Shown piece after piece: positions 13,141 to 25,061 of a stretch of 64,000 nt of DNA. Made by a program: the position numbers and the translations under genes. The first letter of the stretch is position 1; the number at the start of each line of letters is the position of its first letter. The DNA comes from Escherichia coli (GTDB lineage: Bacteria > Pseudomonadota > Gammaproteobacteria > Enterobacterales > Enterobacteriaceae): NCBI RefSeq assembly GCF_024502345.1, contig NZ_JALDNN010000002.1. One strand, given 5' to 3'. The notes under the pieces are model-generated. The model ran no database searches and had not been told where the DNA came from. It saw only the letters and a list, made by a program, of their open reading frames with translations.

Positions 13141-14871
13141 ATGGCCAAGACACTTGAAGCCCACGACAAACTGATCCGCGAGATCTTCGAAGGCAGCTAC
13201 CAGTTCGAGATTCCGGACTACCAGCGTCCCTATGCCTGGACAACCGAGCAGGCCACAGAGCTGTTCGATGATCTGCACTCGGCGATGCTGGATGCGCGTG
13301 TCTCCGGTGCAACCAGCCAATACTTCCTCGGCAGTATCGTTCTGATCAAGAACGACCGAGAGCCCAAATCGTCGGTGGTCGATGGCCAGCAGCGCCTGTC
13401 GACGCTGACGATGCTGTTTGCAGTGCTGCGCGAGGCCATGCCGCACGCAGCCGACGACATCACCGATTTCCTCTACAAGAAGGGCAAGGTCAGCCTCGGC
13501 GAGAAAAATGAATACCGCCTGACCGCCCGCGAGGAGGATGTCGACTTCTTTCGCACCAACATTCAAGAGCCGGGCGGCATCGCACAGTTGGTCACTAGCA
13601 CCGACAAGCTGGAAGACAGCCGACTTCGATACCGCGAAAACGCCATGCTGCTGCTTGCCAAAGCCAAGGCGCTACCGCCCGCCGATCTGATCGCACTGTG
13701 GCAGTTCCTGGCCAACAACTGCTCGCTGGTTGTTATCTCCACGCCCGATCTTGAAGCTGCCTACCGCATCTTTTCCGTGCTCAATAATCGGGGGCTTGAC
13801 CTCGCGCCTATCGACATCATCAAGGCGCAGGTTCTGGGCCTAATCCGCACCACGGCAGGCGACATTAAGAGTCGGGTCTATGCCAAGGAGTGGAGTCGCA
13901 TCGAAACCTCACTGGGCCGTGACGCCTTTGGTGATCTGTTCGGTCACATCCGTAGCATCTATGCGAAGAAGAAGCAGAAGTACATTTTGGTCAAGGAATT
14001 CCAAGAGCACGTCACCGAGTACAATAACCCTATCGCCCTGATCGACTCCGTCATCAAACCTTATGCAGAAGTATGGGACTTCGTGCGCGACGCTGACTTT
14101 GAGGCGACCGAGCACGCCGAGACGATCAACGAGCACCTGTTCTGGCTCAACCGCGTGGACTTTAAGGACTGGGTACCCCCGGCACTGGTGTATTTCAAGC
14201 GATTCCGGCAAAAACCAAAATTGCTCGCAGAATTCTTCGAATCACTAGAACGCCTTACCTATTTCATGTTGGTCACAAAGGTGGGTATCAACGAACGCAT
14301 CGAAACCTACGCTGCGCTCATTAAAGACATCGAGTCCACAGCCTTCGACGGCGCTCTAGTCACCTTGGGCACTCTGGCACTTACAGACAAACAGAAGCGA
14401 GATTTCGTGGCTGCTCTCGACGGAGATATCTACCGCAACCTGCCCAAAGCCCGCATGGCACTGGTTTTACGTCTCGAATCTCTGGTTCGAGCCCCTGGAG
14501 TGCAGCTGCAAAACGCCGTGTCGCTGGAGCATGTGCTGCCGCAAAACCCGCCTGACGGTTCGGACTGGATCAAGTGGTTCCCGGATGAAGACGAGCGAGA
14601 TTGCTGGACGCACCGTTTGGCCAATCTAGTTCCGCTGGATAGGAACAAGAACTCATCTGCCAGCAACTACGACTTTTCCAAGAAGAAGGATGCCTACTTC
14701 AGGGGTAAGGGCAAGGCGTCTCCCTTCGTGCTAACGCAGGAAGTTAGGTCAGAAAACGAGTGGACACCCAACCTTCTGGCTGAGCGTCAGAAACGCCTGA
14801 TGGGAGAACTCAAAAATCATTGGAAACTCGCCGTCACCACAGACAATGCCAGCGCCTCAGCGGCGAATTAA
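13141..14871 (+). CDS. GmrSD-family (DUF262 + DUF1524) putative type IV, modification-dependent restriction endonuclease, BrxU/SspE-like
   Basis: N-terminal DUF262 motifs (EIPDYQRPYAWT, DGQQRLST); C-terminal DUF1524 His-Me finger-like motifs (VSLEHVLPQNP, HRLANLVPLDRNKN); 15 bp downstream of the WYL regulator. Confidence 0.75.
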   Translation: MAKTLEAHDKLIREIFEGSYQFEIPDYQRPYAWTTEQATELFDDLHSAMLDARVSGATSQYFLGSIVLIKNDREPKSSVVDGQQRLSTLTMLFAVLREAMPHAADDITDFLYKKGKVSLGEKNEYRLTAREEDVDFFRTNIQEPGGIAQLVTSTDKLEDSRLRYRENAMLLLAKAKALPPADLIALWQFLANNCSLVVISTPDLEAAYRIFSVLNNRGLDLAPIDIIKAQVLGLIRTTAGDIKSRVYAKEWSRIETSLGRDAFGDLFGHIRSIYAKKKQKYILVKEFQEHVTEYNNPIALIDSVIKPYAEVWDFVRDADFEATEHAETINEHLFWLNRVDFKDWVPPALVYFKRFRQKPKLLAEFFESLERLTYFMLVTKVGINERIETYAALIKDIESTAFDGALVTLGTLALTDKQKRDFVAALDGDIYRNLPKARMALVLRLESLVRAPGVQLQNAVSLEHVLPQNPPDGSDWIKWFPDEDERDCWTHRLANLVPLDRNKNSSASNYDFSKKKDAYFRGKGKASPFVLTQEVRSENEWTPNLLAERQKRLMGELKNHWKLAVTTDNASASAAN

Positions 14872-14882
14872 GGTAAGTATCG

Positions 14883-15598
14883 ATGCATAAGAAGCAACAA
14901 CAAGACCAAAGCCAGATCAAGTGGATTTCCGATTTCATCTGGAACATTGCCGATGACCGCTTGCGCGACGTCTATGTACGCGGCAAGTACCGCGACGTGA
15001 TCCTGCCCTTCACCGTACTGCGACGGCTTGATGCCGTGCTAGAGACGACGAAGGATGCTGTGCTAGAGCGCAAGAAGCTCCTTGATGCCCATAAAGTGGT
15101 CGAGCAGGACGGCGCTCTGCGTATGGCAGCAGGCCAAGCCTTCTACAACGTATCGGAATTTACTCTGGCCAAGCTCAAGGCCAGTGCCGCAGGCCAGCGG
15201 CTGCGTGATGATTTTATTGCGTATCTGGATGGATTTTCGCCCAACGTCCAGGAAATCCTCACCAAGTTCAGTTTTCACAACCAGATCCAGAAGTTGGTGG
15301 ATTCGCACGTTCTGGGCTATTTGATAGAAGATTTCCTCGACCCGGAGGTCAATCTCTCGCCGTTGCCGGTTAAGGATGCCGACGGCCGCATCAAGCTGCC
15401 GCCGCTGGACAACCATGGCATGGGCACGGTGTTCGAAGAGCTGATCCGCCGCTTTAACGAAGACAACAACGAAGAGGCTGGTGAGCACTTCACACCGCGC
15501 GATGTGGTGAAGCTCATGGCCAAGCTACTGTTCCTGCCTGTGGCCGAGCGCATCGAGTCTAGCACCTATTCGCTCTACGATGGCTCCTGTGGCACAGG
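14883..15598 (+). pseudogene. hsdM: Type I restriction-modification methyltransferase HsdM, N-terminal about 238 codons only, truncated by IS911
   Basis: HsdM_N-like start and N6-methylase motif GEHFTPRDVVKLM; reading frame runs into the IS911 terminus at 15599. Confidence 0.7.
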
Positions 15599-15933
15599 TG
15601 AAGTGGCACACTGAATTTGGCCACCTGAACAGAGGTGATATGCTCACCTCAGAACAACACAGGTGCTCCAATGAAAAAAAGAAATTTCAGCGCAGAGTTT
15701 AAACGCGAATCCGCTCAACTGGTTGTTGACCAGAACTACACGGTGGCAGATGCCGCCAAAGCTATGGATGTTGGCCTTTCCACAATGACAAGATGGGTCA
15801 AACAACTGCGTGATGAGCGTCAGGGCAAAACACCAAAAGCCTCTCCGATAACACCAGAACAAATCGAAATACGTGAGCTGAGGAAAAAGCTACAACGCAT
15901 TGAAATGGAGAATGAAATATTAAAAAAGGCTAC
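15599..15933 (+). mobile_element. IS911 (IS3 family) left end fragment with orfA truncated at its frameshift site
   Basis: IRL TGAAGTGGCACACTGAATTTGG; Orf[24 protein letters not shown]... ends at ..EILKKA where IS30 begins. Confidence 0.85.
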
Positions 15934-17154
15934 TGTAGATTCAATTGGTCAACGCAACAGTTATGTGAAAACATGGGGTTGCGGAGGTTTTTTGAATGAG
16001 ACGAACATTTACAGCAGAGGAAAAAGCCTCTGTTTTTGAACTATGGAAGAACGGAACAGGCTTCAGTGAAATAGCGAATATCCTGGGTTCAAAACCCGGA
16101 ACGATCTTCACTATGTTAAGGGATACTGGCGGCATAAAACCCCATGAGCGTAAGCGGGCTGTAGCTCACCTGACACTGTCTGAGCGCGAGGAGATACGAG
16201 CTGGTTTGTCAGCCAAAATGAGCATTCGTGCGATAGCTACTGCGCTGAATCGCAGTCCTTCGACGATCTCACGTGAAGTTCAGCGTAATCGGGGCAGACG
16301 CTATTACAAAGCTGTTGATGCTAATAACCGAGCCAACAGAATGGCGAAAAGGCCAAAACCGTGCTTACTGGATCAAAATTTACCATTGCGAAAGCTTGTT
16401 CTGGAAAAGCTGGAGATGAAATGGTCTCCAGAGCAAATATCAGGATGGTTAAGGCGAACAAAACCACGTCAAAAAACGCTGCGAATATCACCTGAGACAA
16501 TTTATAAAACGCTGTACTTTCGTAGCCGTGAAGCGCTACACCACCTGAATATACAGCATCTGCGACGGTCGCATAGCCTTCGCCATGGCAGGCGTCATAC
16601 CCGCAAAGGCGAAAGAGGTACGATTAACATAGTGAACGGAACACCAATTCACGAACGTTCCCGAAATATCGATAACAGACGCTCTCTGGGGCATTGGGAG
16701 GGCGATTTAGTCTCAGGTACAAAAAACTCTCATATAGCCACACTTGTAGACCGAAAATCACGTTATACGATCATCCTTAGACTCAGGGGCAAAGATTCTG
16801 TCTCAGTAAATCAGGCTCTTACCGACAAATTCCTGAGTTTACCGTCAGAACTCAGAAAATCACTGACATGGGACAGAGGAATGGAACTGGCCAGACATCT
16901 AGAATTTACTGTCAGCACCGGCGTTAAAGTTTACTTCTGCGATCCTCAGAGTCCTTGGCAGCGGGGAACAAATGAGAACACAAATGGGCTAATTCGGCAG
17001 TACTTTCCTAAAAAGACATGTCTTGCCCAATATACTCAACATGAACTAGATCTGGTTGCTGCTCAGCTAAACAACAGACCGAGAAAGACACTGAAGTTCA
17101 AAACACCGAAAGAGATAATTGAAAGGGGTGTTGCATTGACAGATTGAATCTACA
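15934..17154 (+). mobile_element. IS30 (1221 bp, complete)
   Basis: Terminal TGTAGATTCAATTGGTCAACG ... CATTGACAGATTGAATCTACA; 383-aa IS30 transposase. Confidence 0.92.
15996..17147 (+). CDS. IS30 transposase
   Basis: 383-aa ORF with HTH N-terminus and DDE core, matches IS30 Tnp. Confidence 0.92.
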   Translation: MRRTFTAEEKASVFELWKNGTGFSEIANILGSKPGTIFTMLRDTGGIKPHERKRAVAHLTLSEREEIRAGLSAKMSIRAIATALNRSPSTISREVQRNRGRRYYKAVDANNRANRMAKRPKPCLLDQNLPLRKLVLEKLEMKWSPEQISGWLRRTKPRQKTLRISPETIYKTLYFRSREALHHLNIQHLRRSHSLRHGRRHTRKGERGTINIVNGTPIHERSRNIDNRRSLGHWEGDLVSGTKNSHIATLVDRKSRYTIILRLRGKDSVSVNQALTDKFLSLPSELRKSLTWDRGMELARHLEFTVSTGVKVYFCDPQSPWQRGTNENTNGLIRQYFPKKTCLAQYTQHELDLVAAQLNNRPRKTLKFKTPKEIIERGVALTD

Positions 17155-17468
17155 GCGGCTTTTTTTAATATGTCCCGTTCGTCGGTAACCCGTTTCAGCT
17201 CTTTCTGGAGACGGCGGATCTCGGCCTGAGCATCTGACTGTTCTTTATTAGTGGAAGAATCCGGACCGTACTTCTTTATCCAGGCATAAAGGCTGTGGGT
17301 GGTGATATCGAGACGTGTTGCAACGCTGGAAACAGAATAACCGCGATCAACAACCTGTTTGACTGCTTCAGTTTTAAACTCTTCGGGATAACGCTTACCG
17401 CTCATGGGCACCTCTCTTTAAGCCATCTTAAATGACTCTGAGGTGTCTGTTAAACCCGTGGCGATTCA
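17155..17468 (-). mobile_element. IS3-family element fragment (left end plus 5' part of orfA)
   Basis: OrfA MSGKRYPEEFKTEAVKQVVDRGYSVSSVATRLDITTHSLYAWIKKYG... truncated at ..DILKKA by IS30; terminus TGAATCGCCACGGG. Confidence 0.75.
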
Positions 17469-17658
17469 TTCTTCCATAAGCTTCATGAGTGTAAGGGGAA
17501 GGTTATATTTACCATAGCATTCCTTGTCCGAACTGCCATGCGATGGTCCACCGGGGCAATGAGGCAAAGCCGTTGTCTGTGGAAGCACTACGCGGCATGA
17601 TGAGCGTCGCCAGTTGCACACCGGCAAAGACGTGAAACACTTTTAACCGGAGCCAGTC

Positions 17659-17937
17659 ATGCGCGTTGCCGAAAGCATCATCCTCGATGCCCTCACTCGC
17701 GGAGGATGCATCAAAACCTTTTACCGCATATCCTCACGGCAGGCTGCTGAATCGGCCACGCGGATACCTGAGGGGTATATTCTGGAGTCGCCCGGCGAGC
17801 CGGAAGATATTGTGCTCAGCCATGCGGACTTTCATGCACTGGAGAAGCAGCTGGAGCAGAAGGAAACCTGGGAGCAGGTGGTCGGTGTGACCTGTTTTGG
17901 TGGGGCAACCTGGCAGCTGAGAGCCGGGTCCGTGTGA
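17659..17937 (+). CDS. Hypothetical protein (92 aa)
   Basis: ORF only; no recognisable family. Confidence 0.25.
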   Translation: MRVAESIILDALTRGGCIKTFYRISSRQAAESATRIPEGYILESPGEPEDIVLSHADFHALEKQLEQKETWEQVVGVTCFGGATWQLRAGSV

Positions 17938-18199
17938 TGAGTGGCTGAGGTGCCGAAATAATTCTTTTATTTCAGCAGTGGCATTTCTGCAGTCCACGAC
18001 TACAGTCTTCTCACCGGATGCATTGTGACTGTCCCACACTCCGGGGATTTGCTCCCTTTGACGAACCACAATTGTGTCCGGCCAGCCTTTCACGCTGGCT
18101 TTTTTTCGCACAACTCTGTTCAGACTGAGTCTGAATGGTCATCTCCCTGCCCTGCCCGTTTACGCTGATGGCCAGACAGGGAGCGCCAGGAAAGAATGG

Positions 18200-18721
18200 T
18201 TAGTGGCGGATCTGCGCCAGGTCGTCTTCCGTCAGGCCGGTCATTTTCATAACGGTATTGCGGTCAATGCCGTTATGCAGCATGGTGCGGGCAATTTTCA
18301 GAGTGGCCTGACGCTCACCTTCTGAACGGCCCTTTTCAATACCCCGTTGTTCACCGAGCTGGATGCCCTGCTCAATCCCCTTCTGGATACCCTTCTGCTC
18401 AAGCTGTTGTGCGATGGTCATGAGTGCGTCTCCGTGTTGCGGCACACGCTGTGCCAGTTCGCGTACAAAGGCTTCGGCGTCAGCTGTCTCGCCTGCCTGG
18501 AGTATATAGTGTACCAGCGATATGACCTGGGATGAAGACAGATAGCCGGCCAGCAAAATGGGCGCCAGCCGGTCAACCAGTTCAGCGAGGTCGCGCTGGT
18601 GAATATGTTTCTGCAGTAAGGTCAGAGCGGCCATACTGCGGTGGCCGGCGATGTCATCATCCGGAATAACGGTCACATCAACCAGCGGGAAAGCGCCGCT
18701 GTAGAGTGTGCCTGCCAGCGC
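18200..18721 (-). pseudogene. Rpn-family (YhgA-like, PD-(D/E)XK) recombination-promoting nuclease, C-terminal part only; N-terminus lost to IS1
   Basis: C-terminal signature ..QKGIQKGIEQGIQLGEQRGIEKGRSEGERQATLKIARTMLHNGIDRNTVMKMTGLTEDDLAQIRH; frame continues to the IS1 boundary. Confidence 0.65.
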
Positions 18722-19489
18722 GGTAATGGTGCCAACTTACTGATTTAGTGTATGATGGTGTTTTTGAGGTGCTCCAGTGGCTTCTGTTTCTATCAGCTGT
18801 CCCTCCTGTTCAGCTACTGAAGGCGTGGTGCGTAACGGTAAAAGTACTGCCGGACATCAGCGCTATCTCTGCTCTCACTGCCGTAAAACATGGCAGCTAC
18901 AGTTCACTTACACCGCTTCTCAACCCGGTACGCATCAGAAAATCATTGATATGGCCATGAATGGCGTCGGATGTCGCGCCAGTGCACGCATTATGGGCGT
19001 TGGCCTCAACACGGTTTTACGTCACTTAAAAAACTCAGGCCGCAGTCGGTAACCTCGCGCATACAACCGGGCAGTGATGTCATCGTCTGCGCTGAAATGG
19101 ACGAACAGTGGGGCTACGTCGGGGCTAAATCACGTCAGCGCTGGCTGTTTTACGCGTATGACAGGATACGGAGGACGGTTGTGGCGCACGTATTCGGTGA
19201 ACGCACTCTGGCCACGCTGGAGCGTCTTCTGGGCCTGCTGTCGGCCTTTGAGGTCGTGGTATGGATGACGGATGGCTGGCCGCTTTATGAATCACGCCTG
19301 AAGGGAGAACTGCACGTAATCAGCAAGCGATATACGCAGCGCATTGAGCGGCATAACCTGAATCTGAGGCAACATCTGGCAAGGCTGGGCAGGAAGTCAC
19401 TGTCGTTCTCAAAATCGGTGGAGCTGCATGACAAAGTCATCGGGCATTATCTGAACATAAAACACTATCAGTAAGTTGGAGTCATTACC
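18722..19489 (+). mobile_element. IS1 (768 bp, complete)
   Basis: IS1 termini; insA 18777..19052; insB 18971..19474; no target duplication. Confidence 0.95.
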
Positions 19490-19601
19490 ACGAACGTCGC
19501 GAAATAAAGTATCGAAATAGCCACAAATACAAATAACTTAAACCGATCTTCCAGCAAACAACCATTCCACAACCTTTTGATTGATTCTATCATCGAACTA
19601 G

Positions 19602-20797
<1,196 letters not shown>

Positions 20798-20983
20798 CTA
20801 AGTCACCGGCGGCTTGCCTGCCACACATTGAACATTACAGACCAATTAGCACTTTGTCACCGGGGAAAGATGTAAAGATTATGTATAAATAGATTGGCTT
20901 AGAAGTGACATTTCAACTTTGGAGAAACAGGTGACATTTTAAACTTGCTTTAACAAAATTTTGGGACTGACCGAAACAAAAAG

Positions 20984-21004
20984 GCCAGCCCCGGAGGGCT
21001 GGCT
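20984..21004 (-). terminator. Rho-independent terminator downstream of higA
   Basis: GCCAGCCC-CGGA-GGGCTGGC hairpin followed by a T-run on the minus strand. Confidence 0.6.
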
Positions 21005-21006
21005 AT

Positions 21007-21288
21007 TCAGTACAGGGCAATGACAGGTTTCTTGATGCCGCAGGCGTGAGCGTAGCGGGTCAGTGTGTCGATGCTGGCTTTGGTGATGTTGTTTTCCAGG
21101 CGAGAAATAACCGGAGGTGTAACCCCCATGCGTTCAGCAACCTGCGCTTTTGTCAGGTTGTCATGCTTGCGCCATTCAGCAAGCAGCTCCCTGAGCTTTT
21201 CCTTACGTTCTTCTTCCTGCCATGCAGCGCGATATTCATCGTCCTGCATCCACTCGTTATGCAGTTCTTTATGGCTTACCAGTTTCAT
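21007..21288 (-). CDS. higA: HigA-like antitoxin (HTH XRE family)
   Basis: 93 aa with HTH (LTKAQVAERMGVTPPVISRLEN); overlaps upstream toxin gene. Confidence 0.8.
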   Translation of the reverse strand: MKLVSHKELHNEWMQDDEYRAAWQEEERKEKLRELLAEWRKHDNLTKAQVAERMGVTPPVISRLENNITKASIDTLTRYAHACGIKKPVIALY

Positions 21289-21598
21289 TAAGTACCTCCG
21301 CTAACCGCTTTTTGGCGAGATCGATTTCTTTCGCTGGCGTTTTCTGTGACTTCTTGATGAAAACACGGAGCATGATGATGGTATTGCCTTTGTGGTATAC
21401 CCAGATTCCCCTGGCTATGTCCGTCCCCATCGTGCGGATCTCAAAAAGTCCATCGCCCAGGGGCTTCGTGTCCGGCTCCCGCAGTAATCGGGCGTCATAC
21501 TCCAGTTTGCCGATGAGACGGTCAAACTTCACCCTGATTTTTACGGGTAATGCTGTGGCTTCTTCCCTGGCTTCCGGGTGATAAACAACGCTAAACAT
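21269..21598 (-). CDS. higB: HigB-like toxin (RelE/ParE superfamily), toxin-first operon
   Basis: About 109 aa, RelE-fold-like; gene order toxin then antitoxin is typical of higBA. Confidence 0.75.
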   Translation of the reverse strand: MFSVVYHPEAREEATALPVKIRVKFDRLIGKLEYDARLLREPDTKPLGDGLFEIRTMGTDIARGIWVYHKGNTIIMLRVFIKKSQKTPAKEIDLAKKRLAEVLNETGKP

Positions 21599-21709
21599 GT
21601 GACCTCCCATTTCTATTAATATTAACCTATAGGCTAATTTCAGACAAGGTAGAATTAACCTATAAGCTAATTTTGTTGGCAGTTATCGTGGCTACCCGGT
21701 CACTACCCT

Positions 21710-21747
21710 GTTAGCGTGAGTTTTCGTTCCACTGAGGAACGGGGATT
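21710..21747. repeat. Tn3-family IR-like 38-bp sequence (inner 27 bp match Tn3 IR, outer 11 bp differ) abutting IS26
   Basis: GTTAGCGTGAGTTTTCGTTCCACTGAG matches the reverse complement of CTCAGTGGAACGAAAACTCACGTTAAG. Confidence 0.55.
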
Positions 21748-22567
21748 GGCACTGTTGCAAATAGTCGGTGGTGATAAACTTATCATCCCCTTTTGCTGAT
21801 GGAGCTGCACATGAACCCATTCAAAGGCCGGCATTTTCAGCGTGACATCATTCTGTGGGCCGTACGCTGGTACTGCAAATACGGCATCAGTTACCGTGAG
21901 CTGCAGGAGATGCTGGCTGAACGCGGAGTGAATGTCGATCACTCCACGATTTACCGCTGGGTTCAGCGTTATGCGCCTGAAATGGAAAAACGGCTGCGCT
22001 GGTACTGGCGTAACCCTTCCGATCTTTGCCCGTGGCACATGGATGAAACCTACGTGAAGGTCAATGGCCGCTGGGCGTATCTGTACCGGGCCGTCGACAG
22101 CCGGGGCCGCACTGTCGATTTTTATCTCTCCTCCCGTCGTAACAGCAAAGCTGCATACCGGTTTCTGGGTAAAATCCTCAACAACGTGAAGAAGTGGCAG
22201 ATCCCGCGATTCATCAACACGGATAAAGCGCCCGCCTATGGTCGCGCGCTTGCTCTGCTCAAACGCGAAGGCCGGTGCCCGTCTGACGTTGAACACCGAC
22301 AGATTAAGTACCGGAACAACGTGATTGAATGCGATCATGGCAAACTGAAACGGATAATCGGCGCCACGCTGGGATTTAAATCCATGAAGACGGCTTACGC
22401 CACCATCAAAGGTATTGAGGTGATGCGTGCATTACGCAAAGGCCAGGCCTCAGCATTTTATTATGGTGATCCCCTGGGCGAAATGCGCCTGGTAAGCAGA
22501 GTTTTTGAAATGTAAGGCCTTTGAATAAGACAAAAGGCTGCCTCATCGCTAACTTTGCAACAGTGCC
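21748..22567 (+). mobile_element. IS26 copy 1 (820 bp)
   Basis: 14-bp IRs GGCACTGTTGCAAA / TTTGCAACAGTGCC; Tnp26 ORF; no 8-bp target duplication. Confidence 0.97.
21811..22515 (+). CDS. tnpA: IS26 transposase Tnp26
   Basis: MNPFKGRHFQRDIILWAVRWYCKYGISYRELQEML... 234 aa. Confidence 0.97.
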   Translation: MNPFKGRHFQRDIILWAVRWYCKYGISYRELQEMLAERGVNVDHSTIYRWVQRYAPEMEKRLRWYWRNPSDLCPWHMDETYVKVNGRWAYLYRAVDSRGRTVDFYLSSRRNSKAAYRFLGKILNNVKKWQIPRFINTDKAPAYGRALALLKREGRCPSDVEHRQIKYRNNVIECDHGKLKRIIGATLGFKSMKTAYATIKGIEVMRALRKGQASAFYYGDPLGEMRLVSRVFEM

Positions 22568-23078
22568 CGTCTGCCCGCAGCGGCATTGAGCTGGTTTCCC
22601 CGGCCGGGAACCGGAAACCCATTGCGTGCCACAGCCTGTCCCTCCGGATCTTGTTTTCTTCTTTTTCTTCATCAACCTGGGAAATTTCAATCGGCAAAAC
22701 CCGGGTTTCTGGCGGAAGGCATCTGGCCCAGAGCACAAACTGCTGCGTGATCCAGCTACCCAGGCCGTGTCCCTGCAGGCGCCGTTCTAGTCTGAACTCA
22801 TCTGTAAACAGATGCAGGGCCTTCTGTTGAGGCCAGTAGATTGCAGTGAAAGCCTGAGTCTTCGTCTGTTCGGTATCGGCCAGGTACAGTATCATTATGC
22901 AGGAGACCCGGTACAATCCGTCGGGAAAATGGTCAGAAGTTGGCCCCCACGATTGCTCCCTGCACAGAATGACGATCAGATTTTCCTCCTGGCGGGTACT
23001 GTTATTTGTAATGATCTCCGGCAATGTCACGAGCCACATTGTTTTGTCCTTAACTGTCCGGGTCACGCAGTCGGTCAT
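22568..23078 (-). pseudogene. Hypothetical protein, 3' end truncated by IS26
   Basis: ORF 22461..23078 continues into the IS26 IR; no confident family assignment. Confidence 0.35.
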
Positions 23079-23247
23079 GTTTTTTCCCTGGAGGGTTATA
23101 CCCCGGTGCTGTCAGCAGATATCGGATAGGGGAGTGTCCCCTGCCCCCACGAAAGCCTGCAGGGCATCCGCTCCGGAGGGCAGTTCATGCTGAGGGTTAA
23201 TCTCTGCGTCAATGGCTTCGTTTTGACATCCTCCCCGTCCTTCAATG

Positions 23248-23773
<526 letters not shown>

Positions 23774-24372
23774 AATGCACTCCTGAATACATACTAATGA
23801 TATGCATATCAGTATAGCTTACTGATGCAACTGATACACGCCCGACTGAAACATACTGTTATGTCGCCATTCATTTCATAACGTGAAATTCATATACAAA
23901 ATAATCAACCATGAGATAACAAGCAGACGTATAGACACGTCGTTAAATTACCGGACGACCGTTCCGGTCGGATCCGACTTTCCGCGCTTTACTAAGTTTC
24001 CGGAAGTGTATCACGGTCAGGAAATAAGCAAAGCGGCGTTTTCCGGTGGTGAGCGGCCGGTCACGGGGCAGGGGAGGGACACAACATATAGCGTCAAAGT
24101 CAGCTGGGAACACCGCTACATCTTGTGTTGCCGGGCCGCTGCGCGCCGGTGGGGTTCGCAGAGATCCGGGACTGGTATTTTTCGGATCTGAGCGGGAAAA
24201 GTGAGAAACCAACATAGGTGTAACATATCCATATGTCGGGCATCTGCATAGGCAAAGCATACGCATATACCTACCATCTGCATATGTAACACCTATACAA
24301 GCCGGGCTTGCAGGCATATACTTCACCTATGCGGGAATACTCCCTGGCACACTCAGCATATGAGGAAAAACC

Positions 24373-24603
24373 ATGCGCACAGTTTCGATATTTAAAAACG
24401 GCAATAACCGCGCCATCCGTCTGCCCCGGGACCTGGATTTTGACGGCGTCAGCGAGCTGGAGATCGTCCGGGAAGGGGACAGCATCATTCTGCGTCCCGT
24501 CCGGCCGACCTGGGGCTCGTTCGCGCAGCTGGACAGGGCCGATCCGGACTTTATGGCGGAGCGTGAGGATGTGGTCAGCGATGAAGGACGCTTTGAGCCA
24601 TGA
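24373..24603 (+). CDS. vapB: VapB/VagC antitoxin (AbrB/SpoVT fold)
   Basis: 76 aa MRTVSIFKNGNNRAIRLPRDLDFDGV...; 4-bp overlap with toxin gene. Confidence 0.9.
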   Translation: MRTVSIFKNGNNRAIRLPRDLDFDGVSELEIVREGDSIILRPVRPTWGSFAQLDRADPDFMAEREDVVSDEGRFEP

Positions 24604-25016
24604 AGAAAACCTGGATGCTCGACACTAACATCTGCTCGTTCATCATGCGCGAGCAGCCGGCAGCGGTGCTGAAGCGCCTGGAGCAGGTGGTGCTGCGCGG
24701 TGATCGCATCGTGGTCTCGGCCGTGACGTATGCCGAGATGCGCTTCGGCGCCACCGGCCCGAAGGCCTCGCCGCGCCATATTCAGCTGGTCGACGCGTTC
24801 TGCGCGCGCCTCGATGCCATCCTGCCCTGGGACCGGGCTGCGGTGGACGCCACGACGGACATCCGGGTGGCGCTGCGCCTCGCCGGGACGCCGATCGGCC
24901 CGAACGACACCGCCATTGCCGGACACGCCATCGCGGCGGGCGCCATCCTGGTGACGAATAATACAAGAGAGTTTGAGCGGGTGCCGGGTCTGGTTCTGGA
25001 AGACTGGGTTAAGTAA
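24600..25016 (+). CDS. vapC: VapC/VagD PIN-domain toxin
   Basis: 138 aa, PIN motif MLDTNICS...; classic vapBC arrangement. Confidence 0.9.
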   Translation: MKKTWMLDTNICSFIMREQPAAVLKRLEQVVLRGDRIVVSAVTYAEMRFGATGPKASPRHIQLVDAFCARLDAILPWDRAAVDATTDIRVALRLAGTPIGPNDTAIAGHAIAAGAILVTNNTREFERVPGLVLEDWVK

Positions 25017-25061
25017 CGTAGTCAGGCCGCTATCCATCGGCCTGACAGTTTCTCTGCGATG

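Noticed and set aside
21703-22338. 211-288-aa ORFs antisense to IS26 tnpA (also 55721..56587 and 59243..59848)
   Set aside because: Antisense shadow ORFs inside IS26; no independent evidence of coding.
23883-24326. ORFs of 102-127 aa between ccdA and vapB
   Set aside because: Region is repeat-rich (GCATAT-type motifs) and looks like promoter or operator DNA for the flanking TA operons; ORFs lack start-context support and overlap each other.
24327-25037. 236-aa and 107-aa ORFs antisense to vapC
   Set aside because: Lie entirely opposite a well-supported PIN-domain gene; arginine/proline-rich low-complexity translation typical of antisense GC-rich frames.
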